DNA from: Dehalococcoidia bacterium
GTDB lineage: Bacteria; Chloroflexota; Dehalococcoidia; Lucifugimonadales; G958296245
NCBI GenBank assembly: GCA_965262055.1
Contig: CBDHEI010000002.1
Location: 1,796,721 to 1,860,720, forward strand
Length of the DNA stretch: 64,000 bases
Direction of reading: 5' to 3'
This document shows positions 1 through 10,240 of this stretch, one piece after another. The position numbers were made by a program, and so were the translations under genes. Position 1 is the stretch's first letter. Each line of letters begins with the position of its first letter. The notes beneath the pieces were generated by a model, which was given only the letters and a program-made list of their open reading frames with translations, was not told where the DNA came from and searched no databases.

Positions 1-2
1 AG

Positions 3-1241
<1,239 letters not shown>

Positions 1242-1259
1242 GGCCGCGAGGGGGGCCTC

Positions 1260-2465
1260 ATATACGTTAGCCGCCTGGAACTGACGAACTTCCGCAACTA
1301 CGAGGGTCTCCAGCTCGACCTGCCGCCCGGTATGGTGCTGCTCTACGGCAGCAACGGACAGGGCAAGACGAACATCCTGGAGGCCATCTACCTGCTCGCG
1401 GTCGTGAAGTCGCCCAGGGCCTCTTCGGACCGTGACCTGGTGCGCCGTGAGGCCCTGGAGCGCGGGGAGCACTCCCAGGTCTCCGCCGTAGTCCAGCGCG
1501 ACGGCGTGCCTCTTCGGGTGGCCATCGGCTTGCAGAGAGCGTCGGCGGACCCATCGGCTCCGGCGGGAGCAACGGAGCAAGTGGGGGGAGCCATACAGAA
1601 GCAGGTGCGGGTCAACGGCGCGCCGAGGCGCGTCTCCGACCTCGTCGGCGAGGTGAACGCCGTGCTCTTCACCGCCCAGGATATGGGGATCGTGCTCGGG
1701 CCTCCATCGTCCCGCCGCCGATACGTAGACATACTCATCTCGCAGGTCGACAACCGTTATCTCAGGCTGTTGCAGAAGTACCAGCAGGTGATGTCCCAGC
1801 GAAACCAGCTCCTAAAGGCAGTCCGGGACGGCAGGTCGCAGCCGGAGGAGCTGGAGTTTTGGGATGGCGAGCTTGTCGAGTCCGGCGCGTACATCATGCA
1901 GCGGCGTGCCAGCACTATTGGCGCCGTCGCGGAGCTCGCCGCGCCCCTGCACGAAGAGCTCTCCGGCGGCGGCGAGGGGCTCCAGATCGTGTACAGGCCC
2001 AGTGTCGGCAGCGACTCGGACGAACAGGGGTTGGTCGACGCCATGAAGGAGGCCCTTGAGCGCAGCCGGCCCAGGGAGATCGCCCAGGGGTTCACGGTGG
2101 TGGGGCCGCACCGCGACGACCTACTGATGCTCCTGGACGGCCTTGACGCTGGCAGCAGCGCCTCCAGGGGGCAGTGCCGCACCCTGGTGCTTGCCCTGAA
2201 GCTGGCCGAGGCGAGCTTCCTCCGCGACGAGCGGGGGCAGGAGCCCGTGCTGCTTTTGGACGATATACTGTCTGAGTTGGACGCTGACCGCCGCGCCCGG
2301 GTACTGGACAGGGCAGGGCTGTACCAGCAGTGCCTGATCACCGCCGCAACGCTGGAGTCCGTTGACCGGCTGTTCATCGACCGCATGTCCAAGTTCAGAG
2401 TGGCGGACGGCAAGGTGTCGCCGCTCGAGTCGACCGAGCGGGGCTCTGCCCCGGCCCTTTCCTAG
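1260..2465 (+). CDS. recF: DNA replication/repair protein RecF; probable start at ATA 1260
   Basis: N-terminal YVSRLELTNFRNY, Walker A GSNGQGKT, GPHRDDL, SRGQ, LLLDDILSELD. Confidence 0.95.
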   Translation: MYVSRLELTNFRNYEGLQLDLPPGMVLLYGSNGQGKTNILEAIYLLAVVKSPRASSDRDLVRREALERGEHSQVSAVVQRDGVPLRVAIGLQRASADPSAPAGATEQVGGAIQKQVRVNGAPRRVSDLVGEVNAVLFTAQDMGIVLGPPSSRRRYVDILISQVDNRYLRLLQKYQQVMSQRNQLLKAVRDGRSQPEELEFWDGELVESGAYIMQRRASTIGAVAELAAPLHEELSGGGEGLQIVYRPSVGSDSDEQGLVDAMKEALERSRPREIAQGFTVVGPHRDDLLMLLDGLDAGSSASRGQCRTLVLALKLAEASFLRDERGQEPVLLLDDILSELDADRRARVLDRAGLYQQCLITAATLESVDRLFIDRMSKFRVADGKVSPLESTERGSAPALS

Positions 2466-2472
2466 GTTGTCT

Positions 2473-3762
2473 ATGACCGGCGTATCTCCCCGCAGCCTGG
2501 CTCTCTTCCTGGTCGCGCTTGCGGCGCTCCTGCTCACGGCTTGTACACAGGGTTCAACGGAGGAGCTGGCGCCAACCGCCGAGCCGTCCCCAACCGCCGC
2601 CGATGCAAGCGAGCCTACGCCCACGCCGCTTCCGTCCCCCGCGCCGGTCCCTGAGGAGCCGCCACGAGTAGAAGCCCTGCCGCTGGCGCCGGTGGAGCTG
2701 GAGCCTGCCTTCGCTGGCATCGAGCTCGACAGGATGGTGCTGCTGACCCACGCCGGCGATGATACGGGCAGGCTGTTCCTCGTGCTCCAGCCCGGTATGA
2801 TCGTCGTATTCGAGAACGACCCTGGAGTAGAGTCGGCGCAGACCTTCCTGGACATACGCGAGCGCGTCAGCGACGCCGGGAACGAGGAGGGGTTGCTTGG
2901 GCTGGCGTTCGATCCCGCGTATGCCGAGAACGGTTACCTCTACGTCTACTACTCAGCCTCACGCCCGCGCAGGTCCGTCGTTTCGCGCTTCTCGGTTAGC
3001 CCCGGCGACGCCGACCGGGCGGACCCTGACTCCGAGCTCGTCTTCATGGAGGTGGAGCAGCCCTACAGCAACCACAACGGGGGCCACATCGTCTTCGGAC
3101 CCGACGGCATGCTCTACGTCGGCCTTGGGGACGGCGGCGCGGCCGGTGATCCGCAGGGCAACGGGCAGGACACATCCACCCTCCTGGGCAGCATCCTGCG
3201 GATCGACGTTAGCCGGCTCGACTCCCTGGGGACATACGCGGTCCCGGATGACAACCCCTTCGCCGGCGGTAGCGGGACGGCCCGCGGAGAGATATGGGCC
3301 TACGGCCTCCGAAACCCCTGGCGGTTCAGCTTCGACTTGGAGGCAGGGACGCTCTGGGCGGCCGACGTGGGCCAGAACCTCTACGAGGAGGTTGACGTCA
3401 TCAGGCCGGGCCTCAACTACGGCTGGAATGTCATGGAGGGGTCACACTGCTTCCGGCAGACTCGCTGCGACGCAGAAGGCTTCACGATGCCGGTCGCGGA
3501 GTACGGCCGGGACGGCGGATGCTCCGTGACCGGCGGGCACGTCTACAGGGGGCGGCGCATCCCGTCCCTTTATGGCGCGTACCTGTACGGCGACTTCTGC
3601 AGCGGGAAGATATGGGCGCTCAGGCACGACGGGGCAGCCGTGACGGAGCAGATGGAGATTGCGGACACCGGGCTGTCCATCTCGTCGTTCGGCGAGGACT
3701 CGTCCGGGGAGGTCTACGTCCTGACGTTCGAAGGGGTAATATACCGTTTCGCGGCCCCATAA
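2473..3762 (+). CDS. PQQ-dependent glucose/sorbosone dehydrogenase family lipoprotein
   Basis: Lipobox LTAC, Pro/Thr linker, EEGLLGLAFDP, NHNGG, AYGLRNPWR, DVGQ, NYGW motifs. Confidence 0.88.
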   Translation: MTGVSPRSLALFLVALAALLLTACTQGSTEELAPTAEPSPTAADASEPTPTPLPSPAPVPEEPPRVEALPLAPVELEPAFAGIELDRMVLLTHAGDDTGRLFLVLQPGMIVVFENDPGVESAQTFLDIRERVSDAGNEEGLLGLAFDPAYAENGYLYVYYSASRPRRSVVSRFSVSPGDADRADPDSELVFMEVEQPYSNHNGGHIVFGPDGMLYVGLGDGGAAGDPQGNGQDTSTLLGSILRIDVSRLDSLGTYAVPDDNPFAGGSGTARGEIWAYGLRNPWRFSFDLEAGTLWAADVGQNLYEEVDVIRPGLNYGWNVMEGSHCFRQTRCDAEGFTMPVAEYGRDGGCSVTGGHVYRGRRIPSLYGAYLYGDFCSGKIWALRHDGAAVTEQMEIADTGLSISSFGEDSSGEVYVLTFEGVIYRFAAP

Positions 3763-3780
3763 CCATAAGGAGTTTGCCAA

Positions 3781-4758
3781 GTGTCCACCATGCCAGCAGC
3801 AGTGACGACGGCCCTGAAGCATGTCGAGTGCCATGAGGTGCCAGTGCCCGACATGGAGCCCGGCTACGTGCTCGTACGCACGAGGCTGGCCTCGATCTGC
3901 GGCAGCGACCTGCACATCGCCTACATGGGCTGGAACGTCTATGAGCTGCCCCTGCAGCCGGGCTACCCGGGGCATGAGGGAGTCGGCGAGGTCGTGGACG
4001 GCGGGACCTCGGAGTTCGAGCCGGGCGACATAGTCCTGACCGCGCCCAACATATGGAGCTCGCGCGTCTTCGCGGGCTACCAGCTCATCGACCCGAAGTT
4101 CCTCATTCGCCTGCCCGGCGACACCCCGCTGGAGCACCTGCTCATGGCCCAGCAGCTCGGCACCGTCGTCTACGGATGCAAGCTGCTGCCCCCTCTGCTG
4201 GGCAAGACGGTAGCCATCATAGGGCAGGGGTCGGTTGGGCTATTCCATGACTTCCTGCTGCGGCGGCTGGGGGCGCACCGGATCATCGCGATAGAGCCAA
4301 TTCCTGGGCGCTTGGCCGCCGGCGTGGCTATGGGAATAGACGAGGCGGTCGACGTGACCGGGGACAAAGCCACCGAGGCCGTGCTCGACCTGACCGGCGG
4401 GCAGGGGGCCGATCTGGTCATAGAGGCGGTGGGCAGCCCAGAGACCCTGAACCAGTCGATGCGGCTGGCGAAAGATCAAGGGCGCATCGCGGTATTCGGC
4501 CTGCCCCCGAACATGGAGATGGTGTCCTTCGATTGGGACACCTTCTTCAGGCGGCGGCTGACCATGCACGCGGTCCACGGAGGCCAGGACGTGCCCGGGC
4601 TGCCCGACTTCCGGCTGGCCGTCGACTACATCCGCAACGGCGACGTCGACGTGTCGCCCCTGGTGACGCACCAGTTCCCCATAACGGAGGTCGGCGAGGC
4701 GTTCGACCTAGCCCACTCCAAGGAGGACGGCGCCCTCAAGGTCTCCCTTACCTTTTAG
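3781..4758 (+). CDS. Zinc-binding (MDR family) alcohol/polyol dehydrogenase
   Basis: ICGSD, GHEGVGEV, Rossmann GQGSVG, VTHQFP. Confidence 0.9.
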   Translation: MSTMPAAVTTALKHVECHEVPVPDMEPGYVLVRTRLASICGSDLHIAYMGWNVYELPLQPGYPGHEGVGEVVDGGTSEFEPGDIVLTAPNIWSSRVFAGYQLIDPKFLIRLPGDTPLEHLLMAQQLGTVVYGCKLLPPLLGKTVAIIGQGSVGLFHDFLLRRLGAHRIIAIEPIPGRLAAGVAMGIDEAVDVTGDKATEAVLDLTGGQGADLVIEAVGSPETLNQSMRLAKDQGRIAVFGLPPNMEMVSFDWDTFFRRRLTMHAVHGGQDVPGLPDFRLAVDYIRNGDVDVSPLVTHQFPITEVGEAFDLAHSKEDGALKVSLTF

Positions 4759-4835
4759 GGAGCTCGTCGCCCCTTCTCAGGATGCAGTATGGCAGACGGG
4801 GCGTCGCATTATCACTTGGCAGCGCGCTTCCGCCC

Positions 4836-4873
4836 CTGTCATTTCGAACGGAGCGCAGCGCAGTGAGAAATCT
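4836..4873. repeat. REP-like interspersed palindromic unit
   Basis: CTGTCATTTCGAACGGAGCGCAGCGCAGTGAGAAATCT resembles a widespread short intergenic repeat class; single copy in this window. Confidence 0.45.
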
Positions 4874-5602
4874 AAGGCCGTTGTCCCCAAGACGGCAACA
4901 TCCTTGAGCAGACAATCTAGACTCTTGGTCCCCTCGGGATGAGGGGGCCTCATACCATGCACGCATAGGGCCTATACAACCTGGCAGACGGGCCGGGCAA
5001 CTCCTCCAACAGGCAAGCAACACGCCCTCTGCCATCGGGCATGCTGGGCCTACAAGTCCATTTGACGTGGGGAACCTGGGGCAACTTTTCGTAGACAGAG
5101 TTCTGGTTCGCGAGGCACGTGGGATTGCCTTCACTCTCCACCCGGCCCAGAAGCACAAATGGGCGGCCGAGTTCCTCGACGCCAACCCGGACGAGAGGAT
5201 ACCTCGAGAGCAATCTGACCTGGTGTCGGAGCTGCGCCCCCCCACCTCAATACACCTCACGCCATCTCGTCCCAGACTGAGCCCTACTTTTGGGGGCCGG
5301 CGTCGGTGGCCCTGGACGGCGAGGGCGGGCTTTCGTGGTGGAAACGGCCCGGCATCGGATACAGGTGGACCAGATGGAGTAGATTTTTCGGTGCTGGCCT
5401 TCCCCACAGTGCACCTATCTGGAGTGGACAAGCCCTGGAGATTCGTTCACCAGATCAGTCCGCCCTTGATATATTCGGTGAACTGGGTACCAGGCGCATC
5501 GTTTACCTCCATAGAATATAGATGCGTGTGCACTACCAGCCTTCGCACGTGAGATGATTGCCAAAGCCTGCCGCTGTGCCGACTTACGGTTGACCCCAGG
5601 TT

Positions 5603-5726
5603 GTAACTGTTCAGACTTCGGGGGATCTGCTTGACCAGCGGCACCGCCGACAGGGCAATTTAGCTTTGAGCAAGGCTGTATCCCCGCCCTCTGCGGGCAT
5701 TCGTCCCCTCAACTCTGAACAGTTAC
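5603..5726. mobile_element. 124-bp MITE, IS66-family-like ends
   Basis: Terminal IRs GTAACTGTTCAGA / TCTGAACAGTTAC (13 bp perfect, 20 of 23 extended), flanked by the 8-bp duplication CCCAGGTT at 5595-5602 and 5727-5734. Confidence 0.8.
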
Positions 5727-5732
5727 CCCAGG

Positions 5733-5761
5733 TTGACCCCCCTTCCCAGTTGTGGTATAAT
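5733..5761 (+). promoter_or_regulatory. sigma70 promoter of the ABC operon
   Basis: TTGACC-17-TATAAT with extended TG; SD AGGAGG at 5813-5818 before ATG 5826. Confidence 0.8.
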
Positions 5762-5825
5762 GCCTCTTTCATTTTAAGACCGCTTTCGGGATAGGGACAT
5801 AGGCCTTTCTCTAGGAGGTAGAGCA

Positions 5826-7958
5826 ATGAGACACACAAGTCACCCCAAGTTTTGGATAAGCCTCGGGCTGTTGCCGTTGGTCCTGTTATTGGCCCTGGCC
5901 TGTACGTCAGAGACTGTGAAAGAGGTACCGGTGGAGGTGGTGGTGGTGAAGGAGGTGGTCAAGGAAGTAATGGTCCCCGGCGAAACCGTGGTGGTGGAGA
6001 AGGAAGTGGTCAGGGAGGTCCAGATCCCCGGTGAGACCGTGGTGGTGAAGGAGGAGGTTATCAAAGAGGTGCCTGTAGAGGTGGTGGTGGTGAAGGAGGT
6101 GGTCAAGGAAGTAATGGTCCCCGGCGAAACCGTGGTGGTGGAGAAGGAGGTAGTGAAGGAAGTAGAGGTGGAGGTGGTAGTGGAAAAGGAGGTGGTGAAG
6201 GAGGTAGAGGTCGAGGTAGTGGTGGAAAAGGTGGTGGTGAAGGAAGTAGAGGTCGAGGTAGTGGTGGAGAAGGAGGTTATCAAGGAGGTGCCGGTGGAGA
6301 AGGTGGTGGTGGTGGAGAAGGAGGTTATCAAGGAGGTGCCGGTGGAGAAGGTGGTGGTGGTGGTGAAAGAGGTCCCGGCGCCAGCGCCAGAGAAGGTATT
6401 GCGGGTTCGGATGACAAGCATGCCTGAGAGCTTCGTTCCACACACCGAGCGCAGCGGGGCGCTCCCCCAGATAACAGCCTTCGTCTACGGCACCTTGAAG
6501 CAGTCGGACCCACTGAACAAGGAGTGGGCGCCGAACCTAGCCGAGCGGTGGGAAGTCTCTCCCGATGCGAGCTCCGTTACGTACTACATCCGAAAGGGAG
6601 CACGGTTTCACGACGGCGAGCCTGTCACCGCGGAGGACCTAGCATTCACTCTCAAGTCGCTCATCACCCCGGAGACCGGCACCAGGAGAGGCAGTACATA
6701 CAAGATGATACAGGGCGCAGCAGAGCTGCTGGAGGGCACCAGCTCTGAACTGCCTGGCGTGACCGTGCTCGATGACTATACGCTGAAGATTGACCTGAAC
6801 ACCCCAAACGCGACATTCCTTGGGGTCATTGGAGGCACGTTCGGGGTCCTGCCGGAGCATATTCTAGGCAGCGTTGCGGCTGAGGACATCGTCACGCACA
6901 GACACTTCTCAGACGAGATGGTCGGGTTCGGTCCGTACAAGCTCGTCAAGTTTTCACCGGGGCAATTCATGGAGTTAGAGGCCTACGACGAGTACCATTT
7001 CGGAAGGCCCAACATCGACCGGATCATCATCAGAATAATCGCGTCGCCGGACGCGACCCAGATAGCCATGCAGAGGGAAGAGATTGAAGTAAACATTCGC
7101 GGCGACTTGTCGTCCGACGCCTACAGGGCCTTCTTGCAGGACCCACGGTTCAGGGTCATTGGAGGGCAGAGCACAATCATCAGGGCGTCGAATATCAACC
7201 ATGCCGTCGAGGACCTCAGGGACGTACGCATCCGCCAGGCCATGGTGTACGCCCTGGACAGACAGAAGCTGATAGACGTCTTCCACAACGGACTGGCGAC
7301 CATCCACAACCAGCCGCTGATCCACGGCTGGATCCAGAAGCCCGAGTGGCAGAACCGGTATCCGTTCGATCCAGATATGGCCAGGAGCCTCTTGCAGGAT
7401 GCCGGGTGGGACTCCGAGCGAGAAGTCGATCTCGACGTATACGGCGCTCAAAGCGATGAAATAAGAACTGAGCTGGCGGCGATGCAGCAGATGTGGAAGG
7501 ACGTCGGCCTCAAGATCAATATAGTGGAGAAGGACGTTGGAACAATGCTGGAGGAGTGGGACGCGGTGACCTACCCGGGACTTCAGCGCTGGGGATGGGG
7601 GACATTCGCCGACCCGGACGGGTTCCTCCAGACCTATTTCACGACGGTCTCCGCTAACAACATGAACTACGCCACACCGGAGCTGGACGCAAAGATCGAA
7701 TTGGGGCTGACATCGGTCGACCGAGAGAAGCGAAGGGAAATATACCAGGAGATCGCCGAGCAGCTCATGGAGGACTTGCCCCTGCTTGTCGAGTACGTGC
7801 CTTTGAAGGTCCGCGTCATTCACAACCGGTTCCATCTGCCCTTGTGGGCGGACTTCCCCAGGGCGACCAGCATCGGGAACCTGCCGATAGCATCCATCTT
7901 CAGCTCGGAGTACGAATACTTCGAGTACCATGTGGAGCAGTGGGACTTACGGGACTAA
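5826..7958 (+). CDS. Peptide/nickel-family (family 5) ABC transporter substrate-binding lipoprotein with N-terminal V/E/K repeat
   Basis: Lipobox LALAC, LAERWEVS, FHDGEPVTAED, GPYKL, DVRIRQAM motifs. Confidence 0.92.
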   Translation: MRHTSHPKFWISLGLLPLVLLLALACTSETVKEVPVEVVVVKEVVKEVMVPGETVVVEKEVVREVQIPGETVVVKEEVIKEVPVEVVVVKEVVKEVMVPGETVVVEKEVVKEVEVEVVVEKEVVKEVEVEVVVEKVVVKEVEVEVVVEKEVIKEVPVEKVVVVEKEVIKEVPVEKVVVVVKEVPAPAPEKVLRVRMTSMPESFVPHTERSGALPQITAFVYGTLKQSDPLNKEWAPNLAERWEVSPDASSVTYYIRKGARFHDGEPVTAEDLAFTLKSLITPETGTRRGSTYKMIQGAAELLEGTSSELPGVTVLDDYTLKIDLNTPNATFLGVIGGTFGVLPEHILGSVAAEDIVTHRHFSDEMVGFGPYKLVKFSPGQFMELEAYDEYHFGRPNIDRIIIRIIASPDATQIAMQREEIEVNIRGDLSSDAYRAFLQDPRFRVIGGQSTIIRASNINHAVEDLRDVRIRQAMVYALDRQKLIDVFHNGLATIHNQPLIHGWIQKPEWQNRYPFDPDMARSLLQDAGWDSEREVDLDVYGAQSDEIRTELAAMQQMWKDVGLKINIVEKDVGTMLEEWDAVTYPGLQRWGWGTFADPDGFLQTYFTTVSANNMNYATPELDAKIELGLTSVDREKRREIYQEIAEQLMEDLPLLVEYVPLKVRVIHNRFHLPLWADFPRATSIGNLPIASIFSSEYEYFEYHVEQWDLRD
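5916..6377 (+). repeat. Intragenic low-complexity repeat encoding ~154 aa of VEKEVVKEV/VPVE/PGETV units
   Basis: Visible directly; includes a 144-nt-period duplication (5916 vs 6060). Confidence 0.9.
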
Positions 7959-8035
7959 ACGGAGCGGGGCAAGCCAGTTGCGCCGCTGCGTCTATAGTTC
8001 CGGTGATATAGGGGCTCCCAAGAACCGGTCAGAGC

Positions 8036-8231
8036 AAGAGCGGCAACGCTTGGTTCCCAGGACTTGCCATGGCCTTCGACCCGAGCGGCGATCATGCCGG
8101 ACGAGGGTATGATTGTCGCCGAGGTTTCCAGAGACATGATCGACGACGCGGGAGCATCAATCAGCTGCACGGTAGACGAGTTGCGTCCCGAGGTCTACAG
8201 CCAGCCGGTGATCGTGAGGGAAGAAGACTAA
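8036..8231 (+). pseudogene. Frameshifted C-terminal remnant resembling a carbon-nitrogen hydrolase
   Basis: KSGNAWFPGLAMAFDPSG, frame change, then DEGMIVAEVSRDMIDD...DELRPEVY*; resembles the nitrilase-superfamily C-terminus. Confidence 0.45.
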
Positions 8232-8273
8232 CCTGCCATTGGTAGGCTTGGCTCCAAACCTGGATTAGTCTAG

Positions 8274-9242
8274 ATGGGCACCTATATATTACGCCGGCTT
8301 TTCATAGCGCTACCCCTGCTCCTGTTGATCTCGGTGATCACCTTTGGGTTCATCAACCTGGCGCCGGGTGATCCCGTGACGGCCATGATGGACCCGGCGG
8401 AGGGACTGCAAGCGGACGACTTGAGGCACATGCGCGAACGACTGGGGCTGAACAGGCCCGTCCACGTCCGCTATGCCCTGTGGCTTCGCGAGTTTGCGAC
8501 CGGGAACTTTGGCTATTCCTATGAGAACGGCAGGCCAGTGATCGAGCGTATACGTAGCAGAGTGCTGCCCACGCTGGAGCTCACAGCTACCGCGCTGCTG
8601 ATATCGACGGTCCTTGGCGTGACATTCGGCGTGATAGCGGCTGTCCGGCAATATAGTGTCTTCGACTACGTCCTCAGCACCGCTTCTCTCTTCGGCGTTT
8701 CCATCCCGACCTTTTTCTTTGCCCTGGCGGCGCTGTACGTATTCGCTGCCGTTCTGGAGATATTGCCCGCTTTCGGCATGACCGACGAGACCCAGGGGTT
8801 CTCCATCACAGACAACCTTCATCACCTCATACTACCAGCAGGAGTGCTATCCATCGATTCAATGGCAGTCAAGACCCGCTATGCCCGCACTGCGATGCTG
8901 GAGGTGCTGAAGTCAGACTACATGACGACGGCCAGGGCGAAGGGCTTGCCGAACTCTCTCGTCATCGCAAGGCACGCTTTCCGCAACGCACTTCTGCCGA
9001 TAATCACCATCCTCACTCTTCAACTGCCCAACCTGATCGGGGGAGCGATCATAATCGAGTCCATGTTCTCATGGCCCGGCATGGGCCACCTCTCATTCCG
9101 GGCTGTCCAGGCACGAGATTACCCGACACTCATGGCGTTAACGATGATAATCTCCAGCCTCGTCTTGCTGGCCAACCTGCTCGCTGACGTGCTGTACGCC
9201 TACGCGGACCCGCGCATCCGGATAACGGCCAGGGTCAACTAG
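8274..9242 (+). CDS. ABC transporter permease (DppB/OppB-like)
   Basis: YILRRL, APGDP, TARAKGL EAA loop, HAFRNALLP, DPRIR. Confidence 0.93.
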   Translation: MGTYILRRLFIALPLLLLISVITFGFINLAPGDPVTAMMDPAEGLQADDLRHMRERLGLNRPVHVRYALWLREFATGNFGYSYENGRPVIERIRSRVLPTLELTATALLISTVLGVTFGVIAAVRQYSVFDYVLSTASLFGVSIPTFFFALAALYVFAAVLEILPAFGMTDETQGFSITDNLHHLILPAGVLSIDSMAVKTRYARTAMLEVLKSDYMTTARAKGLPNSLVIARHAFRNALLPIITILTLQLPNLIGGAIIIESMFSWPGMGHLSFRAVQARDYPTLMALTMIISSLVLLANLLADVLYAYADPRIRITARVN

Positions 9243-9261
9243 CCCCGTCGAAGGAGAGCCT

Positions 9262-10164
9262 GTGTCGACCGCCAACATCAGCGATGAACGCCCGTTCGAG
9301 ACGCCGAGCGCCGCCCCCAGGCGAAGGAGGACTGTCTGGCGAAGGTTCCGACGGCACAGGTTGGCCCTGCTAGGAGCAATCATCCTCGGAGTGTTTGGCG
9401 TCGCAGCGGCGTTCGCGCCGTTGATTTCGTGGCACGAGCCTGACGCCATCGACCTCGATCATGTGAGGGCGGCTCCGAGCTGGAGCCATGTCCTGGGGAC
9501 GGACCGAGGCGGTCGTGACGTGTTCGCCAGGATACTGTTCGCTGCCCGGGTGTCTTTGAGCGTTGGGGTTGTGGCGGCCATCATCTCTTCGGTTATGGGA
9601 TCATCCATGGGTCTGGCGTCAGGCTACGCCGGCGGCTGGGTGGACAATCTGCTCCAACGCTTCACCGAAATGGTCATGACGTTCCCTTCCTTCTTCGCCA
9701 TCATCATCTTGATATCACTGTTGGGGCCAAGCGTCTTCAACATCATGTATGTGATCGGGGTGCTTGGCTGGACAGGGACCAGCCGACTGGTAAGGGGCCA
9801 GGTGTTGTCCATCAGAGAGATGGACTACGTCACCGCGGCGCGGGCGATCGGCTGCACGAATCGCCGAATGCTGTTCGTTCATATTCTCCCGGGGGTGGTC
9901 CCGTTCGTCATTGTCTCGGCGACGCTTACACTAGCCTATGCCATCCTCGCCGAGTCGGCCCTCAGCTTTCTGGGCCTGGGCGTCGTTATCCCGACTGCCA
10001 CGTGGGGCAACATGATGACCGCCGCAACAGGGCTGCACGTCCTGAAAGCCCAGCCCTGGTTGTGGGCCCCACCCGGTCTGGCCATTTCCACCACGGTCCT
10101 CGCCGTCAACTTCCTGGGCGACGGCCTGCGCGACGCCCTGGACCCGCGGAGCATGGAGACGTGA
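9262..10164 (+). CDS. ABC transporter permease (DppC/OppC-like)
   Basis: LGTDRGGRD, YVTAARAIG, ESALSFLGLG, GDGLRDALDP. Confidence 0.93.
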   Translation: MSTANISDERPFETPSAAPRRRRTVWRRFRRHRLALLGAIILGVFGVAAAFAPLISWHEPDAIDLDHVRAAPSWSHVLGTDRGGRDVFARILFAARVSLSVGVVAAIISSVMGSSMGLASGYAGGWVDNLLQRFTEMVMTFPSFFAIIILISLLGPSVFNIMYVIGVLGWTGTSRLVRGQVLSIREMDYVTAARAIGCTNRRMLFVHILPGVVPFVIVSATLTLAYAILAESALSFLGLGVVIPTATWGNMMTAATGLHVLKAQPWLWAPPGLAISTTVLAVNFLGDGLRDALDPRSMET

Positions 10165-10240
10165 CCATACTCGCACCCGCGCTCGAGGGATACGGCATCG
10201 CGGAGCGGTCCAGGCGGGAGGTTGCAAGAGGGGAGAAATC

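Noticed and set aside
5067..5552. 161-aa ORF in the intergenic region
   Set aside because: No motif or RBS support; at most a decayed fragment.
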